Shown here piece by piece: positions 39,748 to 48,210 of a stretch of DNA of 64,000 nt (within the stretch, counting starts at the first letter, position 1; the number at the start of each line of letters is the position of its first letter). The notes below the pieces were generated by a model. That model did no database searches. It saw only the letters and a program-made list of their open reading frames with translations, and was not told the DNA's origin. Source of the stretch: Phycisphaeraceae bacterium (lineage in GTDB: Bacteria > Planctomycetota > Phycisphaerae > Phycisphaerales > Zrk34); contig JBBDRF010000092.1 in assembly GCA_040905565.1 (NCBI GenBank), positions 1-64,000 of the forward strand, written 5' to 3'. The translations under genes were made by a program, and so were the position numbers.

Positions 39748-41861
39748 GATGCAGCCATTGCTTTCCAGGTGGCGACGACGAACAGCAGGAGCACGGCGAG
39801 GCCGACCGCCATCTGGAGGGCGTAGCCGTGGAGGGCGCCGCGCTGCGTTTCACGCAGGGGCCAGGCGAGTGCTCGGGGGATGATGGCGATGATGGTGACG
39901 ATGCCGTCGACGACGAAACGGTCGATCTGGTAGGCCACCCACGCGAGGCCGTGAAGCGGGCGGACGATGCAGAAATCGTAGAGTTCGTCGACGTAGTACT
40001 TGCGGTTGAAGAGCGTGACCAGCGGCGCGAACATGGAGGCGACGGTGTCGGCGAGGTCGCGACGTTTGAGGTGGAACAGGTAGGCCAGGGCGATGCCGGC
40101 GATGGCCGCGATGATACTTGAGATCATGGCGGTGTTGTGGGCGACGTGGTGGTCGTGGTGGTACTGCTCGACGGTGGTGTTGAATGCCGCGGCGATATTC
40201 GCATCGGGCACAGCGGCTGTGGAGCCGTTGACCATGGCGGCCATGAAACCGGTGTAGTAGAGCAGGCCGCCGACGAACAGGGCACCGAGGGCGAGGACCA
40301 CGAGGGGGCCGTTCATCAGCCAGGGCATTTCGTGAGGCTCAGCGTGATGGTCGTGAGCGGGCGCGTGCTGCGGCTGAGCGGCGGCCTGAGGTTCTGCGGT
40401 GGTGTGATCGTGGGCGGTGTGCTCATCCATCGGGTAGCCGTGGTGCTCGTTGCCCATTTCGTACTTGGTTTCGCCGAGGAAGACGCGGAACCAGAGGCGG
40501 AAAGTGTAGAAGGCGGTGAGGAAGGCGGTGAAGATGGCGATCCAGCCGAGGATGGGATAGGCGGCCAGCGCGTCGGCGAGGATGGTGTCTTTGGAGTAGA
40601 AGCCTGCGGTGAAGGGGAAGCCGGCGAGGGCGAGGCAGCCGATGAACATCAGCCAGCCGGTAACGGGCATGACGCGGATGAGGCCGCTCATCTTGCGGAG
40701 GTCGAGCTGACCGGCGAGGGCGTGCATCACGGAGCCGGCGGTGAGGAAGAGCAGGGCTTTGAAGAAGGCGTGGGTGGTGAGATGGAAGACGGCCCCGACG
40801 GTGCCGAGGACGCCGACGCCGAGGAACATGAAGCCGAGTTGGGAGACGGTGGAGTAGGCCCAGATGCGTTTGATGTCGTACTGGCACATGGCGATGGTGG
40901 CGGCGAAGAGGGCCGTCACGGCCCCGACGGTCGCGACCACGGGCAGGGCGTATTCAGAGAGCTGAAAGACGGGGATGAGGCGGGCGATCATGTAGACGCC
41001 GGCCGTCACCATCGTCGCCGCATGGATGAGCGCGGAGACGGGGGTCGGGCCTTCCATGGCGTCGGGCAGCCAGGTGTGCAGCGGAAGCTGAGCGGATTTG
41101 CCGAACGCGCCGAGCATCAGCAGGAACGGGATGGCTGAGAGCAGCAGCGTGTCCTGCCAGCCGGTGGCCTGCACGGCGGAGGCGCTGGAGGCGGACTGCA
41201 GGAAGCCGGTGCCGTCGACGTTCATGTACTGGACGGTGCCGAAGACCAGGAAGATGCCCATCAGCCCGAGCGCGAAACCGAAGTCACCCACGCGGTTGAC
41301 GATGAACGCCTTCTTCGCTGCGGCGGATGCGGAGGGCTTGCGGTAGTAGTAGCCGATGAGCAGGTAGGAAGCGGCACCCACGCCCTCCCAGCCGAGGTAG
41401 AGCAGAACGAGGTTGTCAGCCATCACCAGACTGGTCATCGCGAAGATGAACAGGTTGATGTAGGCGAAGAAGCGTGCGAAGCCCTCGTCGCCCTTCATGT
41501 AGCCGATGGCGTAGATGGCGATCAGCGTGCCGATGCCCGTGACGACGAAGAGCATGATGCTGGTGAGCGAGTCGATGAAGTAGCTGAAGTTCGCAGCAAA
41601 GTCGCCGATGTTAATCCACTGGAAGTAGTGGACGGTTTCGCCCTGCGTGGTGTCGGCCAGTCCGCCGTAGCGGAAGAAGACGACGCAACTGGTGAGGAAG
41701 GCGAGACCGATCGCCCCGACGGTGACCCAGCCGGCCGCTTCGCGCGCTTTGGGGGAGCGCAGGCAGGCGAGGATCCCACAGACGATCATCGCGAGGAAGG
41801 GGAGTGTGGGGATCCAGGTGGCGATCTGGAGCGGACTGTCTGTCGTGGCGAGAGTCGTCAT
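39744..41861 (-). CDS. nuoL: NADH-quinone oxidoreductase subunit L
   Basis: GWEGVG, NRVGD, GKSAQLPLHTWLPDAMEGPTPVSALIHAATMV and HAFFKALLF motifs; His-rich loop. Confidence 0.95.
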   Translation of the reverse strand: MTTLATTDSPLQIATWIPTLPFLAMIVCGILACLRSPKAREAAGWVTVGAIGLAFLTSCVVFFRYGGLADTTQGETVHYFQWINIGDFAANFSYFIDSLTSIMLFVVTGIGTLIAIYAIGYMKGDEGFARFFAYINLFIFAMTSLVMADNLVLLYLGWEGVGAASYLLIGYYYRKPSASAAAKKAFIVNRVGDFGFALGLMGIFLVFGTVQYMNVDGTGFLQSASSASAVQATGWQDTLLLSAIPFLLMLGAFGKSAQLPLHTWLPDAMEGPTPVSALIHAATMVTAGVYMIARLIPVFQLSEYALPVVATVGAVTALFAATIAMCQYDIKRIWAYSTVSQLGFMFLGVGVLGTVGAVFHLTTHAFFKALLFLTAGSVMHALAGQLDLRKMSGLIRVMPVTGWLMFIGCLALAGFPFTAGFYSKDTILADALAAYPILGWIAIFTAFLTAFYTFRLWFRVFLGETKYEMGNEHHGYPMDEHTAHDHTTAEPQAAAQPQHAPAHDHHAEPHEMPWLMNGPLVVLALGALFVGGLLYYTGFMAAMVNGSTAAVPDANIAAAFNTTVEQYHHDHHVAHNTAMISSIIAAIAGIALAYLFHLKRRDLADTVASMFAPLVTLFNRKYYVDELYDFCIVRPLHGLAWVAYQIDRFVVDGIVTIIAIIPRALAWPLRETQRGALHGYALQMAVGLAVLLLFVVATWKAMAAS

Positions 41862-41908
41862 GGGATGAACTCAACCTTGCAGGCTGGGTGAAGATTCGTT
41901 GGAAGCGG

Positions 41909-42229
41909 TCAGCCTTTGAGCGCGGCCCAGGCATCGGCGTCGAGCGTGTGTTTGCGTCGGAAAAGCAGCACGATCAGGCCCAGGGCGAGGGCGGCTTCGG
42001 CGGCGGCGATGGTCAGCACGAAGATGACAAACACCTGTCCGTCGAAGTTCAGGTGGTATCGGCTGAAGGCGATAAGCGTGATGATAATGCCCTGAAACAT
42101 CATTTCCGTGCAGAGGAACATCACGATGAGGTTCCGCCGGGCGATGAAGCCGATCACGCCGAGCGAGAACAGCAGCGCGCCGGTGAAGAGGAAGTGATTG
42201 AGGGTGATGAAGTCGATCGTGCCGCTCAT
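41909..42229 (-). CDS. nuoK: NADH-quinone oxidoreductase subunit K
   Basis: RRNLI....E, GQVF..F...AAAEAA.AL pattern. Confidence 0.92.
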   Translation of the reverse strand: MSGTIDFITLNHFLFTGALLFSLGVIGFIARRNLIVMFLCTEMMFQGIIITLIAFSRYHLNFDGQVFVIFVLTIAAAEAALALGLIVLLFRRKHTLDADAWAALKG

Positions 42230-42291
42230 GGTCGGATCAGCCTGAAAAAGGGAACGGTCGGGGACGGAAGCGTGCGAGAGGGGCCTTGGAA

Positions 42292-43218
42292 TCAGGAGGG
42301 CCCGGTCTCCGGCTCAGGTTCGGGCACTTTACGTCGGGCGATGACAATGGCACCGACCATCGCGAGCAGGAGGATCACGCCTGCGAGTTCGATGCCGAGC
42401 GTGTGGCCCTTGAACAGGGCGAGGCCGACGTGGTCGATGTTGTAAATGAATTCGCCGAGGATCTCGTCGTTGAGGGCCACATGGCGGACGCGCGCCCCGC
42501 TGATGGTGCCGTCGGTGGCAATACGGCGGATGCCGACGGTGCCTGCTTCGAGATCGAAATCTTCTTCGTACGCAACCGTTTCGTTTGATTCGATCACGTC
42601 CTGGGCACGAAGGATAGCTTCGAGCTTGGGCAGCGAGATCTTGCCGGGCATGTCGGCTGCGGATTCGGTCACCGTGGTCTGGAAGCGGGGGGAGATCGCG
42701 TCGCTGGGCTGGGTGAACATGGCCGACGCAAGGGCAGCGATCAGGGCCATGCCCATCACGACCGAGAGCATCGGCTCGCGTGCGGTGCGGTCATAGTCGG
42801 GGGCCGAGTCGGGCTCGTGCGAGGACTGTGGCAGCGTGGCGAGCATGATCACGAACATGTAGGTGACCAGGATCGCGCCGCCGTAGATCAGGATCATCGC
42901 AAAGGCCATGAACTCGGCATCAAGCAGGACCAGCATGCCTGCGGAACTGAGCACCACGATGACGAAGTAGAGCGCGCAGTAGACCGGTCTGGGATGGGTG
43001 ATCACCCGTACGCCAGCTGCGGCGGAGATCACCGAGAAGATGTAGTAGTAGGGCGAGGGGTAAGCCTGTGGATCGGGCATGAGCCAGATCAGCAGGCTTC
43101 CGGCGAGCGCGGAAATCGCAAGCACCGCCCCGAGCCGAGGCGAGGACCGCGGGTGAGGCAAGACGAGGTATAAACCCATCGCGCCGAGCGCCGCTGTAAG
43201 AAAAAAGAGGTAACTCAT
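42292..43218 (-). CDS. nuoJ: NADH-quinone oxidoreductase subunit J (extended)
   Basis: PVYCAL, AEFMA...IYGGAILV.YMFVIML and ELAGVILL.AMVGAI motifs. Confidence 0.85.
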   Translation of the reverse strand: MSYLFFLTAALGAMGLYLVLPHPRSSPRLGAVLAISALAGSLLIWLMPDPQAYPSPYYYIFSVISAAAGVRVITHPRPVYCALYFVIVVLSSAGMLVLLDAEFMAFAMILIYGGAILVTYMFVIMLATLPQSSHEPDSAPDYDRTAREPMLSVVMGMALIAALASAMFTQPSDAISPRFQTTVTESAADMPGKISLPKLEAILRAQDVIESNETVAYEEDFDLEAGTVGIRRIATDGTISGARVRHVALNDEILGEFIYNIDHVGLALFKGHTLGIELAGVILLLAMVGAIVIARRKVPEPEPETGPS

Positions 43219-43397
43219 TTGCGTGTCGTGCGTTTCGCCAACAGAGCCACTGTATATGTCCGCCACCCGCGACGCTGCAGGTGTCTGTGAAGATCGTCAC
43301 AATATGGGTTGGCGACACTTTTTTCAACCGGGGCACCGCCCGAGGGTCAGAAAGTATGGCCGGATGAGGCGGTCGCCGCGACCGATCGAGGGCGCGG

Positions 43398-43886
43398 CTA
43401 ACCGGCTGAGGCGGCCGGTGGGGGGGTAGGTGGGGGGTCGTCTTCCGTTGCGGCAGCTTCGGCCCACAGCGCCTGAAGCTGCGGCCCTTTGCCCATCAGG
43501 TCCTCCACGGTCAGATCGTCCAGCACGGCAAGGAAACGCGACTGGGCGTGCTGCAGGACGCCTTTGAGATTGCAGGCCGGGCTGATGGGGCAGGTGTTCG
43601 TGGCATCGTTGAAACACTCGACAAGCTCGAAGTGAGGCTCAGTCTGACGGACGACCTGCCCAAGGTTGATCTGGTTTTTCGGGACCGCCAGTTGCAGACC
43701 GCCGTTGCGGCCACGGACCGATCGCACCAGCTTCAGCTTCACCAGCAAGTGTGCCACCTTGACCATGTGATGGCGGGAAGTGCGGTAGGCGCGGGCGATC
43801 TGCGAGACGCTCACCGTCTGGTCCTCGTGAACGGCAAGGTAAAGCAGAATGCGAAGCGCATAATCAGAAAATAACGTCAACTGCAT
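43398..43886 (-). CDS. nsrR: Rrf2-family regulator, NsrR-like
   Basis: MQLTLFSDYALRIL, HMVKV, RGRNGG and three Cys in LVECF...CPISPAC; divergent from a globin gene. Confidence 0.82.
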   Translation of the reverse strand: MQLTLFSDYALRILLYLAVHEDQTVSVSQIARAYRTSRHHMVKVAHLLVKLKLVRSVRGRNGGLQLAVPKNQINLGQVVRQTEPHFELVECFNDATNTCPISPACNLKGVLQHAQSRFLAVLDDLTVEDLMGKGPQLQALWAEAAATEDDPPPTPPPAASAG

Positions 43887-44032
43887 CGTTCGAAGGTTCT
43901 CGCTGTGGGGAAGGGAGGCGGCATTGTAAGCGCAAATCAGTGGCATGACGAAGAGCGGGAGATCACCGGCTTGGGCGGCAAGGGCTCCTGAGGCGCCGTG
44001 AAAAAAAAGAGTGTTTTCTAACAGGTAGCGCA

Positions 44033-44079
44033 TTGACACACGGCGGTGTGTATGTAAATATGTACGCAAGATACTACTT
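44033..44079 (+). promoter_or_regulatory. globin promoter (TTGACA) with candidate NsrR operator
   Basis: TTGACA at 44033-44038; AATATGTAC-GCAAG-ATACTACTT at 44057-44079 resembles the ATGYAT-N5-ATRCAT NsrR box. Confidence 0.5.
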
Positions 44080-44094
44080 TTCAAGAAAGGTCCT

Positions 44095-44463
44095 ATGATG
44101 ACAACGCTCTACGACAAACTTGGCGGCGAACCGGCGATGCAGGCAGCGGTCGAAATCTTCTATCGCAAGATGCTGATGGACGACCGGGTGGCTTCGTTCT
44201 TTGACGATACGGATATGGAAGGCCAGATGGCCAAGCAGAAGGCGTTTCTGACGATGGCTGCTGGCGGCCCGAGCGCGTACACCGGCCGCGACATGCGGAG
44301 TGCTCACGCACCGCTGGTTGAGCGGGGCCTGAACGACGAGCATGTGGACGTGGTGGTCGAGCATCTTGGGGCCACGCTTAGCGAACTGGGCGTCGAGCAG
44401 CCGTTGATCGACGAAGTGGCAGCACTGTGCGAGAGCGTCCGCGACGACGTGCTGTGCCGGTGA
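44095..44463 (+). CDS. group I truncated hemoglobin (trHbN/GlbN-like)
   Basis: LYDKLGG, FYRKML.D...FF, Q..KQKAFL, GGP..YTGRDMRSAH motifs. Confidence 0.92.
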   Translation: MMTTLYDKLGGEPAMQAAVEIFYRKMLMDDRVASFFDDTDMEGQMAKQKAFLTMAAGGPSAYTGRDMRSAHAPLVERGLNDEHVDVVVEHLGATLSELGVEQPLIDEVAALCESVRDDVLCR

Positions 44464-44529
44464 GTGTTGAACGCACGCTCTAGAGCGTGGGCTTTTGGGA
44501 ACCCCGTAAGGTGGGGGGGGGAGGTTGTG

Positions 44530-45627
44530 ATGGCGAAGGTCTATCTGGGCGACGGAAACGGCATCGAGGTTGAGCCCGATCAGACGGTGCTCGATGCGTT
44601 GCTGGACAGCGGCGAGAAGGTGCCTCATTCATGCAAGGCCGGTAGCTGTCAGTCGTGTTTGATGCGTGCGGTGGACGGCGAGCTTTCGGGCAAGTCGCAG
44701 CAGGGTATTAAGCCGACGCTCCGGGCGCAGGGGTATTTCCTGGCGTGCATGGAGAAACCGAGCGACGATCTGCGTGTCTCGGTGGGCCAGGCGGAAGCGT
44801 TGAGCGTGGCTGCGTCGGTCGTCAGCGTTGAGCCGTTGTCCGCGGACGTGGTGAAGCTGACGATCGACCCGTCGGAGGATCTGGACTATCGGCCGGGGCA
44901 GTTTCTGAACCTGGTCCGCCGAGAGGATGGGCTGGTGCGCAGCTACTCCATCGCCAGTGTGCCGGGCTGGGACAGTTTTGCTGACCGTGCTGCGATCGAA
45001 GTGGAAGCAGGAAGCGAAGCCGTCGAGGGCGAGGTGGCGAGCGGCACCCGTCAAGGGTCAGGCACCTCAACGGGACAGGTGGGTGGGGGGGTTGAGATGC
45101 ATGTGAGGCGGTTGCCGGGTGGGCGGATGAGCAACTGGATTGCTTCGGAGCTGCGTGAAGGCGACGGGCTTGATGTGCGTGGGCCGGCTGGCGAGTGTTT
45201 CTACATGCCCGGCGAGCCCGAGCAGCCGCTGCTTCTGGCGGGGACGGGGACGGGGCTGGCTCCGCTGTGGGGGATCGTGCGCGATGCGCTTCAGCAGGGG
45301 CATACCGGCGAGATCGTGCTGTATCACGGTGCGTTGAACGCCGACGGGCTGTACATGGTGGACGAGCTTCAGGCGCTGGCAGCGGCTCATCCGAACGTGA
45401 CGTATCGCCGGTGTTTGCTGAACGGTGAAGCCGACGCGGAAGGCGGGTGCACGATCGGCCGCATCGATCAGGCGATTCTGCAGGATCAACCGAGCCTGAA
45501 GGGCTGGCGTGTGTTTCTGTGTGGCGACCCCGGGCTGGTCAACGCGATGCGGAAGAAGGTCTTCCTGGCCGGCGCCTCGATGCAGGCCATTTACGCCGAC
45601 GCGTTCTTAACGGCGAAGCCGGAGTAG
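44530..45627 (+). CDS. 2Fe-2S ferredoxin-FAD/NAD(P)H oxidoreductase
   Basis: SCKAGSCQSC...LAC, RSYSIAS, GGRMS, GTGTGLAP and FLCG motifs; GGAGG RBS. Confidence 0.9.
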   Translation: MAKVYLGDGNGIEVEPDQTVLDALLDSGEKVPHSCKAGSCQSCLMRAVDGELSGKSQQGIKPTLRAQGYFLACMEKPSDDLRVSVGQAEALSVAASVVSVEPLSADVVKLTIDPSEDLDYRPGQFLNLVRREDGLVRSYSIASVPGWDSFADRAAIEVEAGSEAVEGEVASGTRQGSGTSTGQVGGGVEMHVRRLPGGRMSNWIASELREGDGLDVRGPAGECFYMPGEPEQPLLLAGTGTGLAPLWGIVRDALQQGHTGEIVLYHGALNADGLYMVDELQALAAAHPNVTYRRCLLNGEADAEGGCTIGRIDQAILQDQPSLKGWRVFLCGDPGLVNAMRKKVFLAGASMQAIYADAFLTAKPE

Positions 45628-45692
45628 GAAGACTCAACCGCGGGTGTGGCTCGGTCGTGGGCGCAGCAAGTGGATGAGGCACGCTGTTGGCA

Positions 45693-45888
45693 ACGAGCCG
45701 CGCACGTGAATAACCGTTTGTGCGTCCGACCAGAGTTCACCGCAAACGGCCGTGCACAACCGCGTTCTTACCAGTCTATTTCATCTTTTGCGTAAGTCGT
45801 TGATTTTCGCCGGTAGCCGAGGCCTCCACTCGTATGCAAGGCGCGCAAAGTCTTTACGCACAACCGCTCCCTTACGGTCGCGGCTCGT
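45693..45888. repeat. REPIN/MITE-like element with imperfect 33-bp terminal inverted repeats
   Basis: Left end ACGAGCCGCGCACGTGAATAACCGTTTGTGCGT vs reverse complement of right end ACGAGCCGCGACCGTAAGGGAGCGGTTGTGCGT; 25/33 identical by hand. Confidence 0.6.
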
Positions 45889-45924
45889 ATTCAGCGCTGA
45901 GGGAGATCTAAGCGGTGTTGGCTA

Positions 45925-46551
45925 TCACTCGATGTTGCCGCGATCGGGGGCGAGCTTCATGAGGGTGGGCATCATGTAGTTGGCACCGCGGTAGAGGTAG
46001 ATCTGGCCTGAGAGGACGAAGACGACGGAGTCGCCGTGCTGGGTGACGATTTCTTCCATGTCCTCCAGCAGCTGGCAGGGCATGAGGTACATCGGCGGGT
46101 CCTGCATGCCTGAACCGTCGGCGTCGAAGACGAAGGCCCAGCCGGAGACGTCGCCTGGCACGCGGACCATACGGCCGCGACGGGTGATCACGAACTGTCC
46201 CTCACGCCGAAGCGACGCTTCGGAGGCCCCGGGGGCGACGCCTGCCAATGCGCGGGCGGCGGAGGATTTGCTTTCGCCTTCGCCGTTGGCTGAGGGATCA
46301 CGCTCGCGGCTGGGTTCGATCAGCGGATTCTCCGAACGACGACGCAGCAGATCCTGCAGCACATCGTCCGCGGAGGGTTGCTCGGCCGCTTCGTCGGCTT
46401 GCGGAGCGTCCTGCTCGGCGGGTTGTTCGGTATTTGCTTCGGCGGGGGCCTCGGTGTCGCGTTCGGCATCCTGAGCGAAACTGGGGGCCAGGTAGACCAA
46501 CAGCATGACCAGCGCGGCGGTGAAGAAACTGAAAACGGTGGTGCGATTCAT
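45925..46551 (-). CDS. exported hypothetical protein
   Basis: Signal peptide ending SFA-Q, acidic linker, compact beta-rich C-domain; GGAG RBS. Confidence 0.7.
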   Translation of the reverse strand: MNRTTVFSFFTAALVMLLVYLAPSFAQDAERDTEAPAEANTEQPAEQDAPQADEAAEQPSADDVLQDLLRRRSENPLIEPSRERDPSANGEGESKSSAARALAGVAPGASEASLRREGQFVITRRGRMVRVPGDVSGWAFVFDADGSGMQDPPMYLMPCQLLEDMEEIVTQHGDSVVFVLSGQIYLYRGANYMMPTLMKLAPDRGNIE

Positions 46552-46636
46552 GGCAGACTCCGTTCGATCCTGTCAGAGAGCAACATTACGCAGCGACGGC
46601 GGAGCGAACCACTGCGAGGGGATTGAGAGCTTGAGT

Positions 46637-47761
46637 TCATCCGCGACGCGGTCGACGGGGGGAGGGACCGGAGCCGCGACCGCCTTCGGGGTGGTCTGAG
46701 CCGACGGCGGCTGGGGAGCCGTCGCCGTTGGTATCGCCAGCGTGCTCGGCGGCGCGGCCAAAGATCATCCGGCCGGCCGAGGTCTGCAGCACACTGGTCA
46801 CGGTGAGGGCGATCTCCCGGCCGATGTTTGCCCGGGCATGCTCGACCACGACCATCGTGCCGTCTTCAAGATAACCCACGCCCTGCCCGGCACTTTCCCC
46901 AGCCTTCACAATCTGCACCTTCAGGCCCTCGCCCGGCAGCACGACCGGCCTCAGGGCCTCGGCGAGACTGTTGATGTTGACCACGTCGACGTCGCGGACC
47001 TCCGCGATCTTCGCGAGGTTGTAATCGGTCGTCACGATCCGCCCACGCAGCTCCTCGGCCAGCGCGATCAGCTTCTGATCCACCGTGGCGCCCTCTGTGT
47101 CGTGATCATGAATGCTGACTTCCACTGTGGGGTCCGATTGCAGCTTGCTGACGATATCCAGCCCGCGCCGACCGCGGGCCCGCTTGAGCTTATCGGCTGA
47201 ATCGGCGACGCCCTGTAGCTCGTTCAGCACAAATCTCGGCACAACGAGCAAACCCTGTAGCATCCGCGTCTGGGCGACGTCGTGGATGCGGCCGTCGATC
47301 AACGCACTCGAGTCCAGCAGCATCGGCCGGTTCCCACGGATCTGCTTGGCGAATTCGACGTAAGGCAGCACGAAGCGGAAATCGTCCTTCGTCTGCAAAA
47401 CCAGCGAGATGGCGGCATAGACGAAAACCACACCCGCGAAAACCTTGGCGCCCTGGATCAATTCCTCCGGCGCGTTGGGGAAGACCAGGTGAAAGAAATC
47501 CATCAGGAAGCTGAAGGCGTAAGCGGCGGTCATGCCCGCGAGCAACCCCAGCAGCACGCCTGAGAGGGCGGAAAGCTTCTTGCGCGGCGTGGCCCAGTCG
47601 ACGCCCACGATCAGGGCGGAGATGGATAGCGCCACGGTGATGGTCAGCACCACGTCCCGCATAAGAAATTCTGCGGAACCCTCGGCAAGACTCACGGTGT
47701 AGAGCGCAGCGACGACCGCGCTCATGACGATGAACAGACCGCGTAGGAGCAATAGAATCAT
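46637..47761 (-). CDS. PIN/TRAM-domain membrane protein (YacL-like)
   Basis: Four N-terminal TMs; LLDSSALIDGRI, ELQ.VADS, RGRRGLD, TTDYNL, GVGYLEDGTMVVV and QTSAGRMIF. Confidence 0.92.
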   Translation of the reverse strand: MILLLLRGLFIVMSAVVAALYTVSLAEGSAEFLMRDVVLTITVALSISALIVGVDWATPRKKLSALSGVLLGLLAGMTAAYAFSFLMDFFHLVFPNAPEELIQGAKVFAGVVFVYAAISLVLQTKDDFRFVLPYVEFAKQIRGNRPMLLDSSALIDGRIHDVAQTRMLQGLLVVPRFVLNELQGVADSADKLKRARGRRGLDIVSKLQSDPTVEVSIHDHDTEGATVDQKLIALAEELRGRIVTTDYNLAKIAEVRDVDVVNINSLAEALRPVVLPGEGLKVQIVKAGESAGQGVGYLEDGTMVVVEHARANIGREIALTVTSVLQTSAGRMIFGRAAEHAGDTNGDGSPAAVGSDHPEGGRGSGPSPRRPRRG

Positions 47762-47989
47762 GTGCCGAGGCTCCCGAGCGTTGTCCTGATGGCAACGACT
47801 GCGTACGACCGGCGAAAAAACCCGGCTGCGAACTGAAGCGCGAGCGAACGTCTTCAATGGCTGATGCGGTTGCCGAGGTGACGCTCTGCCACGCTGTGAT
47901 TCAGACTGACACGACTGACCGGGCGGTGACGCTTCCCGCTTGCCGATTTCCGGGGCCGATGTTTGCCGAAAACCCCTGTGGCCGCTCGC

Positions 47990-48017
47990 TTGCCTTCAGC
48001 CATGGCCATGTTACACT
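47990..48017 (+). promoter_or_regulatory. sigma70-type promoter upstream of the tig leader
   Basis: TTGCCT-16 nt-TACACT with extended TG. Confidence 0.55.
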
Positions 48018-48023
48018 GCTTGA

Positions 48024-48174
48024 ACTTTGAAAACCAGCCCGTCGAGGTACCGGTCCTGACAGCGTGTCGGGGCCAGGCGTCGGTCGATGGGCGGCGGTAA
48101 CAGGCCACCCTCAAGGGTCCGTTCCGACGCTCACATCGTCGGATCGACAGCCCGATCAGGTGGCCTTTTTTTTT
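48024..48174 (+). ncRNA. candidate structured RNA or attenuator leader
   Basis: Two long hairpins (48037-48092 and 48102-48166), the second ending in T9. Confidence 0.45.
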
Positions 48175-48210
48175 GCGACGGCAACACGCTCTGACCCTCA
48201 GGATACGAAC

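Noticed and set aside
46637..47761. PIN domain as a toxin-antitoxin or defence toxin
   Set aside because: The TM-PIN-TRAM layout is the conserved YacL type and no antitoxin gene is adjacent
48024..48174. tRNA or SRP RNA upstream of tig
   Set aside because: No cloverleaf, TTCGA arm or SRP GGAA-loop motif; kept only as an unclassified structured RNA
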